64,000 nt of DNA from the human T2T-CHM13v2.0 reference genome, Homo sapiens: the NCBI RefSeq assembly GCF_009914755.1, contig NC_060929.1; one strand, given 5' to 3'. The notes under the pieces are model-generated. The model was given only the letters and a program-made list of their open reading frames with translations, was not told the DNA's origin and did no database searches. Shown here in pieces: positions 28,132 through 43,234 of the stretch (position 1 is the first letter of the stretch; each line of letters begins with the position of its first letter). The position numbers were made by a program, and so were the translations under genes.

Positions 28132-29084
28132 TCAATGAACTGGTATATTTCAAATATTTTCTTGTTGCTGTTCTGAGATGCACCAGAAGTGACTATGTGT
28201 GATTCCTCTGGTGCACTCCTGTGATTATGAGAAATATTTCCAAGCTAATTTCAGTCATATATAAGTAGATTCTAGGAGTAACTTTAATAATTTTTAAATT
28301 GCTTATCATGACATCACTATTGAGACTTTCTTGATTTCCAAGGAAAATATAAGTTTTTGGAGTCTTTTCTCTTGTCATCATGTGAGCCTCTTTCAAAGGT
28401 TGAGTTACTTGGGTTCTGGACTGATATGATTTACGCTGCTTAGTAAGGTGGCCTCATCCCTATTGCTACAAATTGCTTTCAGATATTTCTGTCATCATGT
28501 GGCTCTGGGATTATTTTATATGAGGGAAAATATTTTGTGTGTAGGGGATATACAACACTTTTGTTCTTTGTGCTTTCATTTAGGTTCTGTGAGAATTCAA
28601 AATTCATGAATGCATATGCTTACACAAATTAGTGTAATTTGATAACTGGAAGTTGTAGTGATAGACTGTGGAATATGCCTCAATTTGACTTACAAAGGAG
28701 AGTTTTAGTTTCTACATGGTTTTGTATTCATAGAAAGTTGTGGTGCAATACATAGAGTAAGCTGGAATATGATATGATGCAGTTACCTGGCTTGGGGAGC
28801 AGAAAGCAGAAATAACAAGTGAATGTTGAGAGACAACTTACATCTGAGGAGAGATTGTTTAAAGTAATTAAGCCATAAAATATAATTTGGAAATGCTCAA
28901 TTGGTCTGAAACTGTGTCAAGCATATTCAGGTGTTGGCATTAGGAATATATTCCAGAATGAGAGTGCCACATGTTTTAAAGGCCTAGGAAAGCAGTAGAT
29001 AATTTATAACCTAAAATCAAATTTTTTAAAAAATGTGTTTTTGTTAGAATGGGCAGTGGGTTTCTTTTAGCAAATAACAATTTT

Positions 29085-29480
29085 GATTAAACAAATTGTT
29101 GTATATTCATATTACGGACTACTAGATAACTATATTATGGGCCACTAGATAACTATAAGAAATAAATAGGAAAGCTCTCTATGTACTGATATGATCTTTA
29201 AGATATAACAACTAAAAAAGCAATGTGCAGAATATGGTATGTTGTATGCTTACATTTGTGTAAAGAAGGAGACAGAATATTTATAAAAATCCGTTGCCCT
29301 ATACAAGACATATCTCCGGAAGGATACCTAAGAAACTTTAACACTCATTTCCCCTGTGAAAGCATTTCTCCTCATCTAAAGCAGAGATGAAAGGAAGAAC
29401 CTATGCTGAATGCATCTTTTGAATTTGGAACTATATGAATATTTCACATATTTTAAAACAAATGAAGACTTTATAAATTA
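29085..29480 (+). mobile_element. Possible ancient L1ME 3' remnant, containing a 14-bp local duplication (actagataactata at 29121 and 29144)
   Basis: aaacaaattgttgtatattcat...aaaaaagcaatgtgcagaata...; boundaries approximate. Confidence 0.4.
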
Positions 29481-29531
29481 AAAAAGAAAAGAAAAGAAAA
29501 AAGTTCTTAGCAAATATTGACAAGCCATTAG

Positions 29532-29572
29532 TGCAGTTTCCTGAGAAAACCTCTGAGCGTCGCTGTTGGTCA
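29532..29572 (+). promoter_or_regulatory. PCDHGB2 promoter CSE / CTCF site
   Basis: TGCAGtttcctgagaaaacctctgagcgtCGCTgttggtca; CGCT at 29561. Confidence 0.9.
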
Positions 29573-29759
29573 AAAGAACGAAGAGAAGCGTTTGGGAGCC
29601 TCTTAGAGGGGAACTTCCTGCACAAACCAACCACACAGAGAAGGCCAGTATAGATTCGGAAACAGAAAACAAAAGCAGGAAAAGTGACCTTAGCCCGGAT
29701 TCTGCCATCCCCGGAAGGCTTATTCCTCCTATGGGCAAAGGAGCAAAGGGAGCCAGAAG

Positions 29760-32180
29760 ATGAAAGCGAGCTCAGGGAGGTGCGGGCTGGTGCGGTGGCT
29801 GCAGGTACTGTTGCCCTTCCTGTTGTCTTTGTTCCCCGGGGCTCTCCCAGTCCAGATCCGCTATTCAATTCCAGAGGAGCTGGCCAAAAACTCGGTCGTA
29901 GGAAACCTCGCCAAGGATCTGGGGCTCAGCGTCCGGGACTTGCCAGCCCGGAAGCTGCGGGTTAGCGCGGAGAAGGAATATTTCACAGTAAACCCAGAAA
30001 GCGGAGACTTACTTGTGAGTGACAGAATAGACCGAGAACAGATATGCGGGAAGCAGCCTCTGTGTGTTCTGGATTTCGATACTGTCGCTGAAAATCCACT
30101 AAATATTTTCTACATAGCAGTAATTGTGCAGGATATAAATGATAATACCCCGCTATTCAAACAGACTAAGATTAATTTAAAAATTGGCGAATCCACTAAG
30201 CCAGGTACAACATTTCCACTTGACCCAGCCCTGGATTCAGATGTTGGTCCTAACTCACTACAAAGATACCACCTTAATGACAACGAGTACTTTGATCTCG
30301 CTGAGAAACAGACTCCAGATGGTCGTAAATATCCTGAGTTGATTCTAAAACACTCTCTGGACAGAGAAGAGCACAGTTTACATCAATTGGTCCTCACAGC
30401 TGTGGATGGCGGAGACCCACCTCAAAGTGGCACGACCCAAATCCGAATCAAAGTCACGGATGCCAACGATAACCCTCCAGTGTTCAGCCAGGACGTGTAC
30501 AGGGTCACCCTGAGGGAGGACGTGCCGCCGGGCTTCTTTGTGCTTCAAGTGACAGCCACCGACCGGGATGAAGGCATAAACGCAGAGATCACCTACTCCT
30601 TTCATAATGTGGACGAACAAGTGAAACACTTTTTCAACTTAAATGAAAAAACAGGAGAAATCACGACAAAGGATGATTTGGATTTTGAGATTGCAAGTAG
30701 TTACACTCTGAGTATCGAAGCAAAAGATCCTGGAGATCTAGCAGCCCACTGCAGTATCCAAGTTGAAATTCTTGATGACAACGATTGTGCACCTGAAGTT
30801 ATTGTGACTTCAGTATCTACTCCCCTACCGGAGGATTCGCCACCAGGAACAGTGATCGCCTTGATAAAAACGAGAGACAGAGACTCTGGAGAAAATGGAG
30901 AAGTTTACTGCCAAGTGTTGGGAAATGCCAAGTTTATTTTGAAATCTTCCTCAAAGAACTATTACAAACTAGTGACAGACGGCGCTCTGGACCGGGAGGA
31001 GATCCCAGAATACAATCTCACCATCACAGCCACCGACGGGGGCAAGCCGCCCCTCTCCTCCAGCATAATTGTCACCCTGCACATCTCCGACGTCAACGAT
31101 AATGCCCCAGTTTTCCAACAGACTTCCTACATGGTTCACGTGGCAGAGAACAATCCTCCTGGCGCCTCTATCGCTCAAATCAGTGCCTCTGACCCTGACT
31201 TGGGCCCCAGTGGCCAAGTTTCCTACTCCATCGTAGCGAGCGACCTGAAGCCGCGGGAGATTTTATCCTACGTGTCCGTGAGCGCGCAGAGCGGGGTGGT
31301 GTTCGCGCAGCGCGCCTTCGATCATGAGCAGCTGCGCGCCTTCGAGCTCACACTGCAGGCCCGCGACCAGGGCTCGCCCGCGCTCAGCGCCAACGTGAGC
31401 CTGCGCGTGTTAGTGGGCGACCTCAATGACAATGCGCCACGGGTGCTGTACCCCGCGCTGGGGCCTGATGGCTCCGCCCTCTTCGATATGGTGCCACGCG
31501 CCGCAGAGCCCGGCTACCTGGTGACCAAGGTGGTGGCGGTGGACGCAGACTCAGGACACAACGCTTGGCTGTCCTACCACGTGCTGCAGGCCAGCGAGCC
31601 CGGGCTCTTCAGCCTGGGGTTGCGCACGGGTGAGGTGCGCACAGCGCGTGCCTTGGGCGACAGGGACGCGGCCCGCCAGCGCCTGCTGGTCGCTGTGCGT
31701 GATGGAGGACAGCCGCCACTCTCCGCTACCGCCACGCTGCACCTAATCTTCGCGGATAGCCTGCAAGAGGTATTGCCAGACCTCAGCGACCGCCCGGAGC
31801 CCTCTGACCCCCAGGCAGAACTGCAGTTTTACCTGGTTGTGGCCTTGGCCTTGATCTCAGTGCTCTTCTTCCTCGCGGTGATTCTGGCAATCTCCCTGCG
31901 CCTGCGACTCTCTTCCAGGTCAGATGCTTGGGACTGTTTTCAGCCTGGTCTCAGCTCCAAGCCTGGACCTGGGGTTCTCCCCAATTACAGTGAGGGTACA
32001 TTGCCCTATTCCTACAACCTGTGTGTTGCCTCACAATCAGCCAAGACAGAGTTCAATTTTCTGAACATAACCCCGGAATTGGTTCCCGCGCAAGATCTCG
32101 TCTGTGACAATGCCTCTTGGGAACAAAATACAAATCATGGAGCCGCTGGGGTCCCTTTTGCCTCAGATACTATTTTGAAG
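29760..32180 (+). CDS. PCDHGB2: Protocadherin gamma-B2 variable exon; donor AAG|GTGAGC; read-through stop 32195
   Basis: MKASSGRCGLVRWLQVLL N-terminus; B-type EC5/EC6/VCD. Confidence 0.95.
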
Positions 32181-33718
32181 GTGAGCTTTAATTAATTTAT
32201 TTTCACTTCTGGTTTTATTGTTTCACCTAATTTGGGTAGGAAGTTCCACTGCGTATTTCTTTGTCTGTGAGTTAGATTTGGCCAATGTTGTGCCTTAATT
32301 GTCTTAATCTTATCTAACTGAATTTTAAGTGTTTTCTCTCTGAAGTGTGAGATTTATTTACCCATGATTGCAAACCTTTATCACATGAGATATTGCACTG
32401 TATTTCTTTTTCTTCCTCATCTTTACATTACTTCTCTCTGCAGATTTGTTGCTATTGAGACTTTAGGCAATTAGTTTCACCTTCAGGCTCTTTGTTATTC
32501 AAATTTTAGTTTTACTTCCTCTTAGAATCATAATACTTCGGAGTAAAGAGAGTCTTCATTTTAGTAGGCTTTGGAAATTGGGAAACAAAGAAGAAAGACT
32601 TTTGCATAATGGCATGGCTTGTTAATCACAGGGCATGGGTAGGACATTGTCCCATTGACTTGAAGACCAACACTCAGTAAGCTAAATGTCTTGGAATCAC
32701 AAATGTATTTCTAAAGGACAGGCAATGTTTGAGGTCTGAGGTGTCTGCTAGAAAGAGTGCATTTAACAAATGTGAGAAATCATTCTCTAACATGCATTTT
32801 AACAAATTGCTCTTAAGAAAAACTACACATTGAGAAAAATCTTACAACCTATGTTCACATCATTTTCTACAAAATATTACTTAAAACTTTGCTTTTGAAT
32901 TTCCTAATTATATAGAATTTTTATTTTCTTAGTTTTCTATGAAAGTGTTATTAAATAAAATGACTTTCTGAAATGTCCATTTTTTTCAATCAAGAGGTTT
33001 TTCTATTTCTGTTGTCATATAAAGATGATAGCAGTAAATATCTGTCTCAACATAGAAAGGTCACTCAGTACTTCTCGACAAGTATCTGCTCATGCTTTCC
33101 TGCATGGATGATGAAATAAAACCCCATCCTCCACAGTTACTATACTGGTTGTCACTGGAACTACAAATATTTGAACATGGTAATAGAAAAACATAAAAAT
33201 GCATAGTTAACCCAACTCAAACGCTGTCTGAGATAGTGGAGAGACTTTCTCAAAGTCCTCACAAGTAACAAAGATCTTTATTTCTTCTGCATATGACAGC
33301 TAATATAACTTACATAAATCAGTAGGCCTGTTTGGAAAGGTGCATGGAGAACTGGGTTTGTTTCCTTGGTATTCTTATATGCAAATAAGCACGTTTTCCT
33401 AAATTTATCCTAATAAGGAGATGAAATCTTGAATCCTACAAAGGTAAGAATTTGAATGTCCTAATTTAATGGACTAAATATAGATAAGAGGTAAATAAAG
33501 GACATAGGCTCCCCCGATGACGCATTAAATAAAATTTTTGTAAGGTATTGAGATCTAATAATCATATTGATCTCAGGGATTGTGGAAGTCTTGCTATTCA
33601 GAATTAAAGCTGAATTAACGGTCATAAACAACGCTACACAGTTAAACATTAAGGATATGGCAACATTATTAGAAATAAAATTATAACTAAACTTAGGAGA
33701 AATAAAAATGGAATTTGG

Positions 33719-33758
33719 TGCAGTCACTGGTTAGGACTCTGAGTGTCGCTGTTGACCA
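33719..33758 (+). promoter_or_regulatory. PCDHGA5 promoter CSE / CTCF site
   Basis: TGCAGtcactggttaggactctgagtgtCGCTgttgacca; CGCT at 33747. Confidence 0.9.
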
Positions 33759-33954
33759 AAGTGGGAAAGAAGCTGCCGCAGAGGCGACCCGACTCTGCTC
33801 CCTCCATACTAAACACACAGACCAGACAAGCTCCTACGAAAAGCCAACGCTCCACGCCCATTTTCGTCAGGGAATATGTACCCATCGGCTTTAGATAAAT
33901 AAGGAAACAGCAGGCTGAACCAGAACTAAGAGAAAATTGGGCAGAGAGAAGGCA

Positions 33955-36375
33955 ATGGCGAGTCCACCTAGGGGCTGGGGCTGCGGAGAGCTGCTGCTGC
34001 CCTTCATGCTCCTGGGGACGCTGTGCGAGCCAGGATCCGGGCAGATCCGCTACTCGATGCCGGAGGAGCTGGACAAAGGCTCCTTCGTCGGCAACATAGC
34101 CAAGGACCTTGGGCTGGAGCCCCAGGAGCTGGCGGAGCGCGGAGTCCGCATCGTCTCCAGAGGTAGGACGCAGCTTTTTGCCCTGAACCCGCGAAGCGGC
34201 AGCTTGGTCACCGCGGGCAGGATAGACCGGGAGGAGCTCTGCGCTCAGAGCCCACTGTGTGTGGTGAACTTTAACATCTTGGTTGAGAACAAAATGAAAA
34301 TTTATGGAGTAGAAGTAGAAATAATCGATATTAATGATAACTTCCCGCGTTTCCGGGATGAAGAGTTAAAAGTAAAAGTTAATGAAAATGCGGCTGCAGG
34401 GACACGGTTAGTGCTTCCCTTCGCGCGGGATGCGGATGTGGGTGTGAACTCCCTCCGGAGTTACCAGCTCAGCTCCAATCTGCACTTCTCTCTGGATGTG
34501 GTAAGCGGAACTGATGGACAAAAGTATCCGGAGCTGGTGTTGGAACAGCCCCTAGACCGCGAGAAAGAGACTGTTCACGACCTCCTCCTCACAGCTTTAG
34601 ATGGCGGAGACCCGGTACTCTCCGGCACCACGCACATCCGTGTTACGGTCCTCGACGCAAACGACAATGCGCCCCTGTTCACCCCATCCGAGTACAGCGT
34701 GAGTGTTCCAGAGAACATACCTGTGGGCACTCGGCTGCTCATGCTAACCGCCACGGATCCAGATGAGGGAATAAACGGGAAATTGACCTACTCTTTTCGC
34801 AATGAAGAAGAAAAAATTTCGGAGACTTTCCAACTTGATTCCAACCTGGGGGAAATCTCAACTCTACAATCACTGGACTATGAAGAATCCAGATTCTACC
34901 TCATGGAAGTGGTAGCTCAGGATGGAGGCGCTCTTGTTGCCAGCGCTAAGGTGGTGGTCACAGTACAGGACGTGAATGACAATGCCCCCGAAGTGATCCT
35001 CACCTCTCTGACCAGTTCGATCTCTGAAGACTGTCTTCCCGGAACTGTAATCGCGCTGTTTAGCGTACATGATGGTGATTCTGGAGAAAATGGTGAGATT
35101 GCATGCTCTATTCCTAGGAATTTGCCTTTTAAATTGGAGAAGTCAGTTGATAATTACTATCACCTATTAACAACTAGGGACCTGGACAGAGAAGAGACTT
35201 CAGATTATAATATCACTTTAACCGTCATGGACCATGGAACCCCGCCCCTCTCTACAGAAAGCCACATCCCCTTGAAAGTAGCAGACGTTAATGACAACCC
35301 ACCCAATTTCCCTCAAGCCTCCTACTCCACCTCTGTCACAGAAAACAATCCCAGAGGTGTCTCTATCTTCTCTGTGACAGCCCATGACCCCGACAGCGGC
35401 GACAACGCTCGAGTCACCTACTCCCTGGCTGAAGACACATTTCAGGGGGCGCCCTTGTCCTCCTATGTATCCATTAACTCTGACACCGGTGTCCTGTATG
35501 CTCTGAGATCCTTCGACTATGAGCAGTTGAGAGACCTACAGTTGTGGGTGACAGCCAGCGACAGTGGGAACCCTCCACTTAGCAGCAACGTGTCGCTGAG
35601 CCTGTTTGTGCTGGACCAGAACGACAATACGCCTGAGATCCTGTACCCCGCCCTCCCCACAGACGGTTCCACGGGCGTGGAGCTGGCGCCTCGCTCCGCA
35701 GAACCTGGCTACCTGGTGACCAAGGTGGTAGCGGTGGACAAAGATTCAGGCCAGAACGCCTGGCTGTCCTACCGCTTGCTTAAGGCCAGCGAGCCAGGAC
35801 TCTTTGCGGTTGGGCTGCACACGGGCGAGGTGCGCACAGCGCGAGCCCTGCTGGACAGAGACGCGCTCAAGCAGAGCCTCGTGGTGGCCGTCGAAGACCA
35901 TGGCCAGCCCCCTCTGTCAGCCACCTTCACGGTCACCGTTGCCGTGGCCGACAGGATCCCTGACATCCTGGCTGACCTAGGCAGTATCAAGACCCCCATT
36001 GACCCTGAGGATCTGGACCTCACACTCTATCTTGTGGTGGCAGTGGCTGCAGTCTCCTGCGTCTTCCTGGCCTTCGTCATCGTGCTGCTGGTGCTCAGAC
36101 TGAGGCGCTGGCACAAGTCACGCCTGCTTCAGGCTGAAGGCAGCAGGTTGGCGGGTGTGCCCGCCTCGCACTTTGTGGGCGTGGATGGGGTTCGGGCTTT
36201 CCTGCAGACCTATTCCCACGAGGTCTCCCTCACCGCGGACTCGAGGAAGAGTCACCTGATCTTTCCCCAGCCCAACTACGCAGACACGCTCCTTAGTGAA
36301 GAGAGCTGTGAGAAAAGCGAGCCTCTTCTGATGTCTGATAAGGTAGATGCAAACAAAGAAGAACGGCGAGTTCAG
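33955..36375 (+). CDS. PCDHGA5: Protocadherin gamma-A5 variable exon (ATG 33955); donor CAG|GTTAGT; read-through stop 36396
   Basis: [18 protein letters not shown]-terminus, 6 EC repeats, TM, VCD. Confidence 0.95.
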
Positions 36376-36880
36376 GTTAGTTTTCTCTTTCGGTAAGGAT
36401 GACCAGAACATTTTCATTTGTTTCCTTTTTCATGTTTCTGTCATATTCAGAATCAGCTAGTTATGTAAATAGTGGAACATTATTTGCTGTATTGGAGATT
36501 AATTTTTTTTATATAATTCATGCTTTCTCCATTTGTTTTCAAATTCTGTTTTGGGAAGTCTAGCTGATATCTGTAGACTTAAGTGAAACAAATACCTTAA
36601 AGGAAAGTGGTTAAATATAATCATTTTACCCAAATATTTTGTTATATTGGAACTGCAGTTCTATTAATAGAAAAGATGTTTTATTTATTCAAATTGTTAG
36701 ATATATTGTTCTCTTTTGAGTGTCTGCCTAGACACCATTAGTGAATGTGTTTTGGAAAGGATAATGTATAGGACTGATATTTTAGTCTACCTGAAATTTG
36801 TTTAAGGAAATAATTTACAGTATTTACATAAATCAGTGGAAAGGTACAGAGAACTTCTGGGTCATAAATATCAGAAAAGA

Positions 36881-37330
<450 letters not shown>

Positions 37331-37950
37331 TTAAGGTTGGGCTTCGTTCTGTGATGTAAAGCCTCCAGAGAGTTACATACTGCTGCACTCAATAAATGTA
37401 AATATGTCACACACCTGGCATCTTCTGTTATAGATAAACCCTTTACTTATTAGAATCAATACCTACTGCAATGTTAGCGTTTCTTTAAGTGTAGGTGCAA
37501 TTCTTCTTTATTACTTGAGTTTAAGGTTGTATTTGAAAAAAAAAGAACTCAACTTAAAGATGGTTCAAAATTTTAAATTTCATATCTAACGTATGTGCTC
37601 ATCTTAAATTAATAGATTTGTCTTAATGAAATACTGGCCTATGTGCCTCAAATTCCAGGAGGATGTGTTATGTAATGAAAGAACTACTATATTTCCCTTC
37701 TGCATCTGATTTGCTGAAGATGATTTTCAGATGTTTCTTATTAAAATATTCTTAATCCTTCAAATTTTGTACTTTTAAAACCTTGAGCATCAGCTTCAAA
37801 TAATGACTAAATAAGGGGAAAAGGTAATAAAATATTACAAATGGGATAGTAAGCTACATTACTCAACCACATGAAAGGTTAATTGACACATTAAAGAACC
37901 TAAGACCACTTGATTTTTATTTTTTAAACACTGTTAAAGAGCATTCAAGT

Positions 37951-38042
37951 ATATCTATATCTATATACATATACACACACATATATATACACACATATAT
38001 ATACACACATACACACACACAAACACACATACATACACACAT
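37951..38042. repeat. Compound (TA)/(CA) microsatellite
   Basis: atatacacacacatatatatacacac... Confidence 0.9.
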
Positions 38043-39016
38043 GGACATTCTGACCAAAATGTAAAATGTACAAACTCACCGAATAGTGAATGCATCCAAA
38101 GAGTAACAAGAGAATCTATACAGTAGGTGTCGACATTATTCACTCCTATGTGAAAACTTGCTTTTCCATTTTTTTTAAAAGAAAATGTTATATGCTTCTT
38201 AGGGTAGGGTGTTTGGGAAAAAAGTAAAGGTTATAGATTTGGGTACATTTCTTCTGAGTTAAATGTTTTGTGCAATGGAAAAATATCTTTAAACCCTCTA
38301 TAAACTACTAACAGACTATAAAATGCTTGATCCATACATTTTGAATGTATGTACTGTATATACCATATACTTTTAAATATCTGAATCTTTAGTTTTATAT
38401 GTGTTCTGAAGAATAATTTTTCATACTAATTGAAGTGTTCATACAATGAACACTTGGCATTGTGTTGGAAGGCACTTGCTTTGGAATGTTTTGGAGCAAA
38501 GTCTTGAGTCAGTTATATTTTTGATGTTTGTATAAAGGTGACAATGAGTGTCTGTCTAGAATTCTGGTTACTGTGAGTAGTTTAAGATGCTATAATGCTT
38601 TTCCACTATAAGGTGAATTCGGTGTGGAACTCATTGCTTATTGCTGCACACTTGCCTAGTTTTAGAGTAACAATACATTATGTAGGCTAAAGATAATTTC
38701 TTTAGGAAGATTTTCTGGTTTGAAAATGGAATTAAAACTGTAAGACACCTGTCAGAAACATGGAAAATGGCATGTTATTGACCAGGGAAAAGTGTAAATA
38801 ACAAAAAGTTAGGATTATCAGATGGTAAACTGGGGACCAAGGAAAAGTGGACAGGAAGATTACTTATATAATTAAATAATATAATTATAAGGACTTACAA
38901 TTCACTCCCCAATCCTAATAACGCATCATTGTTAGGCTACTTGAGAAGAAACAGTACATTTCAGGACAATTGTGATGTAGTATGAAAAAACATCCTTTGT
39001 AAAAGTTTTTCATTTG

Positions 39017-39142
39017 GGCCAGGGTGGTTCATGACTATAATCCCAGCAATTTGGGACGCTGAGGTGGGAGGATTGCTTAAAGCCAGGTGTTCTAGCCCAG
39101 CCTGGGCAACATAGTGAAACCCCACCTCTATAGAAAAAAAAA
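39017..39142 (+). mobile_element. FLAM monomer
   Basis: ggccagggtggttcatgactataatcccagc...gggcaacatagtgaaacccc; aaaagtttt on both flanks. Confidence 0.8.
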
Positions 39143-39776
39143 GTTTTCAATCATACTTATTTAATTAAAAGTAGACACTTGGAAACAAAGGAAAAGAGAC
39201 CCTCTTGCTTTTTACTATACTTCTATTTTATAAGGTCAATCATTTCCTCATTACCTTTAACTTCTTTTGGGGGGAGATAATAAAGATAAAAGAGAAGAAA
39301 GTGAAACATAGAATAAAACTAAAAGCTATGACATTATAACTTTTAGAAGTTAGAAGTAAAGGAAATAGAATGCAATAAGAATACACATGAAGCTGATATT
39401 TCAAGCCTCTTTATACTACGTCTTCTGCCATCACCAAAAATAGCTTCCATTTGTATGATTTTCTATGTATTATTTTATTTGGCCCTCATTTCTACTAGAG
39501 TAAGCAGAGAAGATATTATTATGACCATTTTATGAAAATGGAAACTAAAAACGTGACGGGATTGAGCAAGATTATCTCTGCCCTTTGACAAGTAAAAGGT
39601 ACTTGATTTGGATGGATAAAGCTCAAATTAAAAGAAATAACAGACTAAAGATATAGTAAGTATATTTAATGTTTTTTAAAAGTCCTTTTAAAATGGGAAG
39701 AAAGTATCACTATCAGTACACTGCCGATTTTTCTCCTAACTAGCTCCTTATTTGGAGCTGATTTAGTCACCATTAC

Positions 39777-39817
39777 TGCAGTTCTGCAGCAGAGGCGCCG
39801 GGTGCCGCTCTTGGCTA
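39777..39817 (+). promoter_or_regulatory. PCDHGB3 promoter CSE / CTCF site (divergent)
   Basis: TGCAGttctgcagcagaggcgccgggtgcCGCTcttggct; CGCT at 39806, 217 bp before the ATG. Confidence 0.75.
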
Positions 39818-40022
39818 GTGCTGTGCAAAATATTGGCTCCTCCCGCTGCAGCCAGCTCGGAAGAAAAGTGCACTCTCTATCAGGCTTCCTGCAGCGGAGA
39901 CACCCATTAGAGAACCCAAGCACAAAGACAAAGCAAATAGTTGGTCCTGCTCGGAGAACTCTTGGGATTATTTAAAGATCTCCTCTCCTCGGATTTAGAA
40001 AGGCAAAGGCGCAGAGAGCGGG

Positions 40023-42437
40023 ATGGGAAATAGCTCCGGATGGAGGGGCCCAGCAGGGCAGAGGCGAATGCTATTTCTCTTCCTGCTCTCTTTGTTAGAC
40101 CAGGCTCTCTCCGAACCGATCCGCTACGCTATTCCCGAGGAGCTGGACAGGGGCTCGCTGGTAGGGAACCTCGCCAAGGACCTGGGGTTTGGCGTGGGGG
40201 ATTTACCTACTAGGAACCTGCGGGTTATTGCAGAGAAGAAATTCTTTACCGTGAGCCCCGAAAATGGGAACTTACTTGTGAGCGACCGTATAGACCGAGA
40301 GGAGATTTGTGGCAAGAAGTCGACGTGTGTTCTGGAATTTGAAATGGTTGCTGAAAAGCCTTTAAACTTTTTTCATGTAACTGTGCTGATCCAGGATATT
40401 AACGACAACCCACCGACCTTTAGCCAAAATATCACTGAGCTGGAAATCAGCGAACTGGCTCTCACTGGAGCCACATTTGCCCTGGAATCTGCGCAAGATC
40501 CTGATGTAGGTGTCAATTCGCTGCAGCAGTACTACCTCAGCCCTGATCCGCACTTCTCTTTGATTCAGAAGGAGAACCTGGATGGCAGTAGGTACCCAGA
40601 GCTAGTACTGAAAGCACCCCTGGACAGGGAAGAGCAGCCACATCACCACCTGGTCCTTACAGCTGTGGATGGGGGCGAGCCCTCCAGAAGCTGTACCACC
40701 CAGATCAGGGTAATTGTCGCAGATGCAAATGATAACCCCCCAGTATTTACTCAGGACATGTACAGGGTCAATGTTGCAGAGAACCTGCCCGCTGGCTCCT
40801 CCGTATTAAAAGTGATGGCCATTGACATGGATGAGGGCATCAATGCCGAAATCATCTATGCCTTCATCAATATTGGCAAGGAAGTGAGACAACTGTTCAA
40901 GCTGGACAGTAAAACGGGGGAACTCACCACTATTGGAGAACTGGACTTTGAAGAGAGAGATAGCTACACAATTGGGGTGGAAGCAAAGGATGGTGGACAT
41001 CACACTGCATATTGTAAAGTACAGATAGATATTTCAGATGAAAATGACAATGCCCCGGAGATAACCCTGGCTTCTGAATCCCAACATATACAAGAAGATG
41101 CTGAGCTGGGGACTGCCGTTGCCCTGATCAAAACACATGATCTAGATTCTGGATTTAATGGAGAAATCCTATGCCAACTAAAAGGAAAGTTCCCCTTTAA
41201 AATCGTTCAAGATACCAAAAACACATACAGGTTGGTGACAGATGGAGCCCTGGACCGGGAGCAGATCCCAGAATACAATGTGACGATCACAGCTACCGAC
41301 AAAGGCAATCCACCGCTCTCCTCCAGCAAGACCATCACTCTGCACATCCTTGATGTCAACGACAACGTTCCCGTTTTCCACCAGGCCTCCTACACCGTGC
41401 ATGTAGCTGAGAACAATCCGCCTGGAGCCTCCATTGCGCATGTCAGAGCCTCGGATCCCGACTTGGGACCTAATGGCCTTGTCTCCTACTACATCGTGGC
41501 CAGTGACCTGGAGCCGCGGGAGCTGTCGTCCTACGTGTCCGTGAGCGCGCGGAGCGGGGTGGTGTTCGCGCAGCGAGCCTTCGACCACGAGCAGCTGCGT
41601 GCCTTCGAGCTCACTCTGCAGGCCCGCGACCAGGGCTCGCCTACGCTCAGCGCCAACGTGAGCCTGCGCGTGTTGGTGGACGACCGCAACGACAATGCAC
41701 CGCTGGTGCTGTACCCAGCTCTGGGGCCCGAAGGCTCTGCGCTCTTCGATATGGTGACGCGCTCTGCAGAGCCTGGCTACCTGGTGACCAAGGTGGTGGC
41801 GGTGGACGCAGACTCGGGATACAACGCCTGGCTGTCCTACCACATTGTGCAGGCCAGCGAGCCCGGGCTGTTCAGCCTGGGCCTGCGCACGGGTGAGGTG
41901 CGCACGGCGCGTACCTTGGGCGACAGGGAGGCCGCCCGCCAGCGCCTGCTGGTCACTGTGCGTGATGGAGGACAGCAGCCTCTTTCAGCCACCGTCATGC
42001 TGCACCTAATCTTCGCAGATAGCTTGCAAGAGATACAACCTGACCTTAGCGACCGCCCCACTCCCTCTGACCCTCAGGCGGAGCTACAGTTTCACCTAGT
42101 AGTGGCGTTGGCCTTGATCTCAGTGCTCTTCCTCCTCGCGGTGATTCTGGCAATCTCCCTGCGCCTGCGATGCTCCTCCAGACCCGCCACTGAGGGCTAC
42201 TTTCAGCCTGGTGTCTGCTTCAAGACTGTACCTGGAGTTCTCCCCACCTACAGCGAAAGGACTTTGCCTTATTCCTACAATCCGTGTGCTGCCTCACATT
42301 CCTCAAACACCGAGTTTAAATTTCTCAATATAAAGGCTGAAAATGCTGCACCACAAGATCTTCTATGTGATGAAGCCTCTTGGTTTGAAAGTAATGACAA
42401 TCCAGAAATGCCTTCTAATTCAGGCAATTTGCAAAAG
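40023..42437 (+). CDS. PCDHGB3: Protocadherin gamma-B3 variable exon; donor AAG|GTGAGT; read-through stop 42467
   Basis: MGNSSGWRGPAGQRRMLF N-terminus; B-type motifs. Confidence 0.95.
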
Positions 42438-42937
42438 GTGAGTTTCTTCAAACCTTTCCTTCCATAAATATAATTGGGTTTCAATTCATTGATTTAGAGA
42501 TAAAAAGAATACAGATTAAATATTCCCTGATTACATTATTTTATTGATTTTCTGGTGTAGAGTAGGGTGTCTAGGAAATTCTTTGTAGAATTTCCTGTAG
42601 AATATCTGTGTTGCAGTTGTTCTTTCATAGAAAGCCTCCTTTTGATAGTCTTGAAACTTTTCTTAATCCTAATACACTATAATCTGAAACATTTTTAATA
42701 CAGTATTATCTCACACTGTCATTTTCAGACATATCTATCCAGAATTAGACCCAAATCCTCACAATTAAGTGGTTTACTTAGTTTTAATGCAGTCAATCCT
42801 AAAATATATGAAACATTATGTATATCTTAACACATTTTTAATGTAACCTGTATATAATATTTTTACTTCCCTTTGCATGTTTTTAAAAGTATACACAGAT
42901 GTTGCCTATGTCAGGGCAGTTTTTAACTTCTATGCTA

Positions 42938-43234
<297 letters not shown>

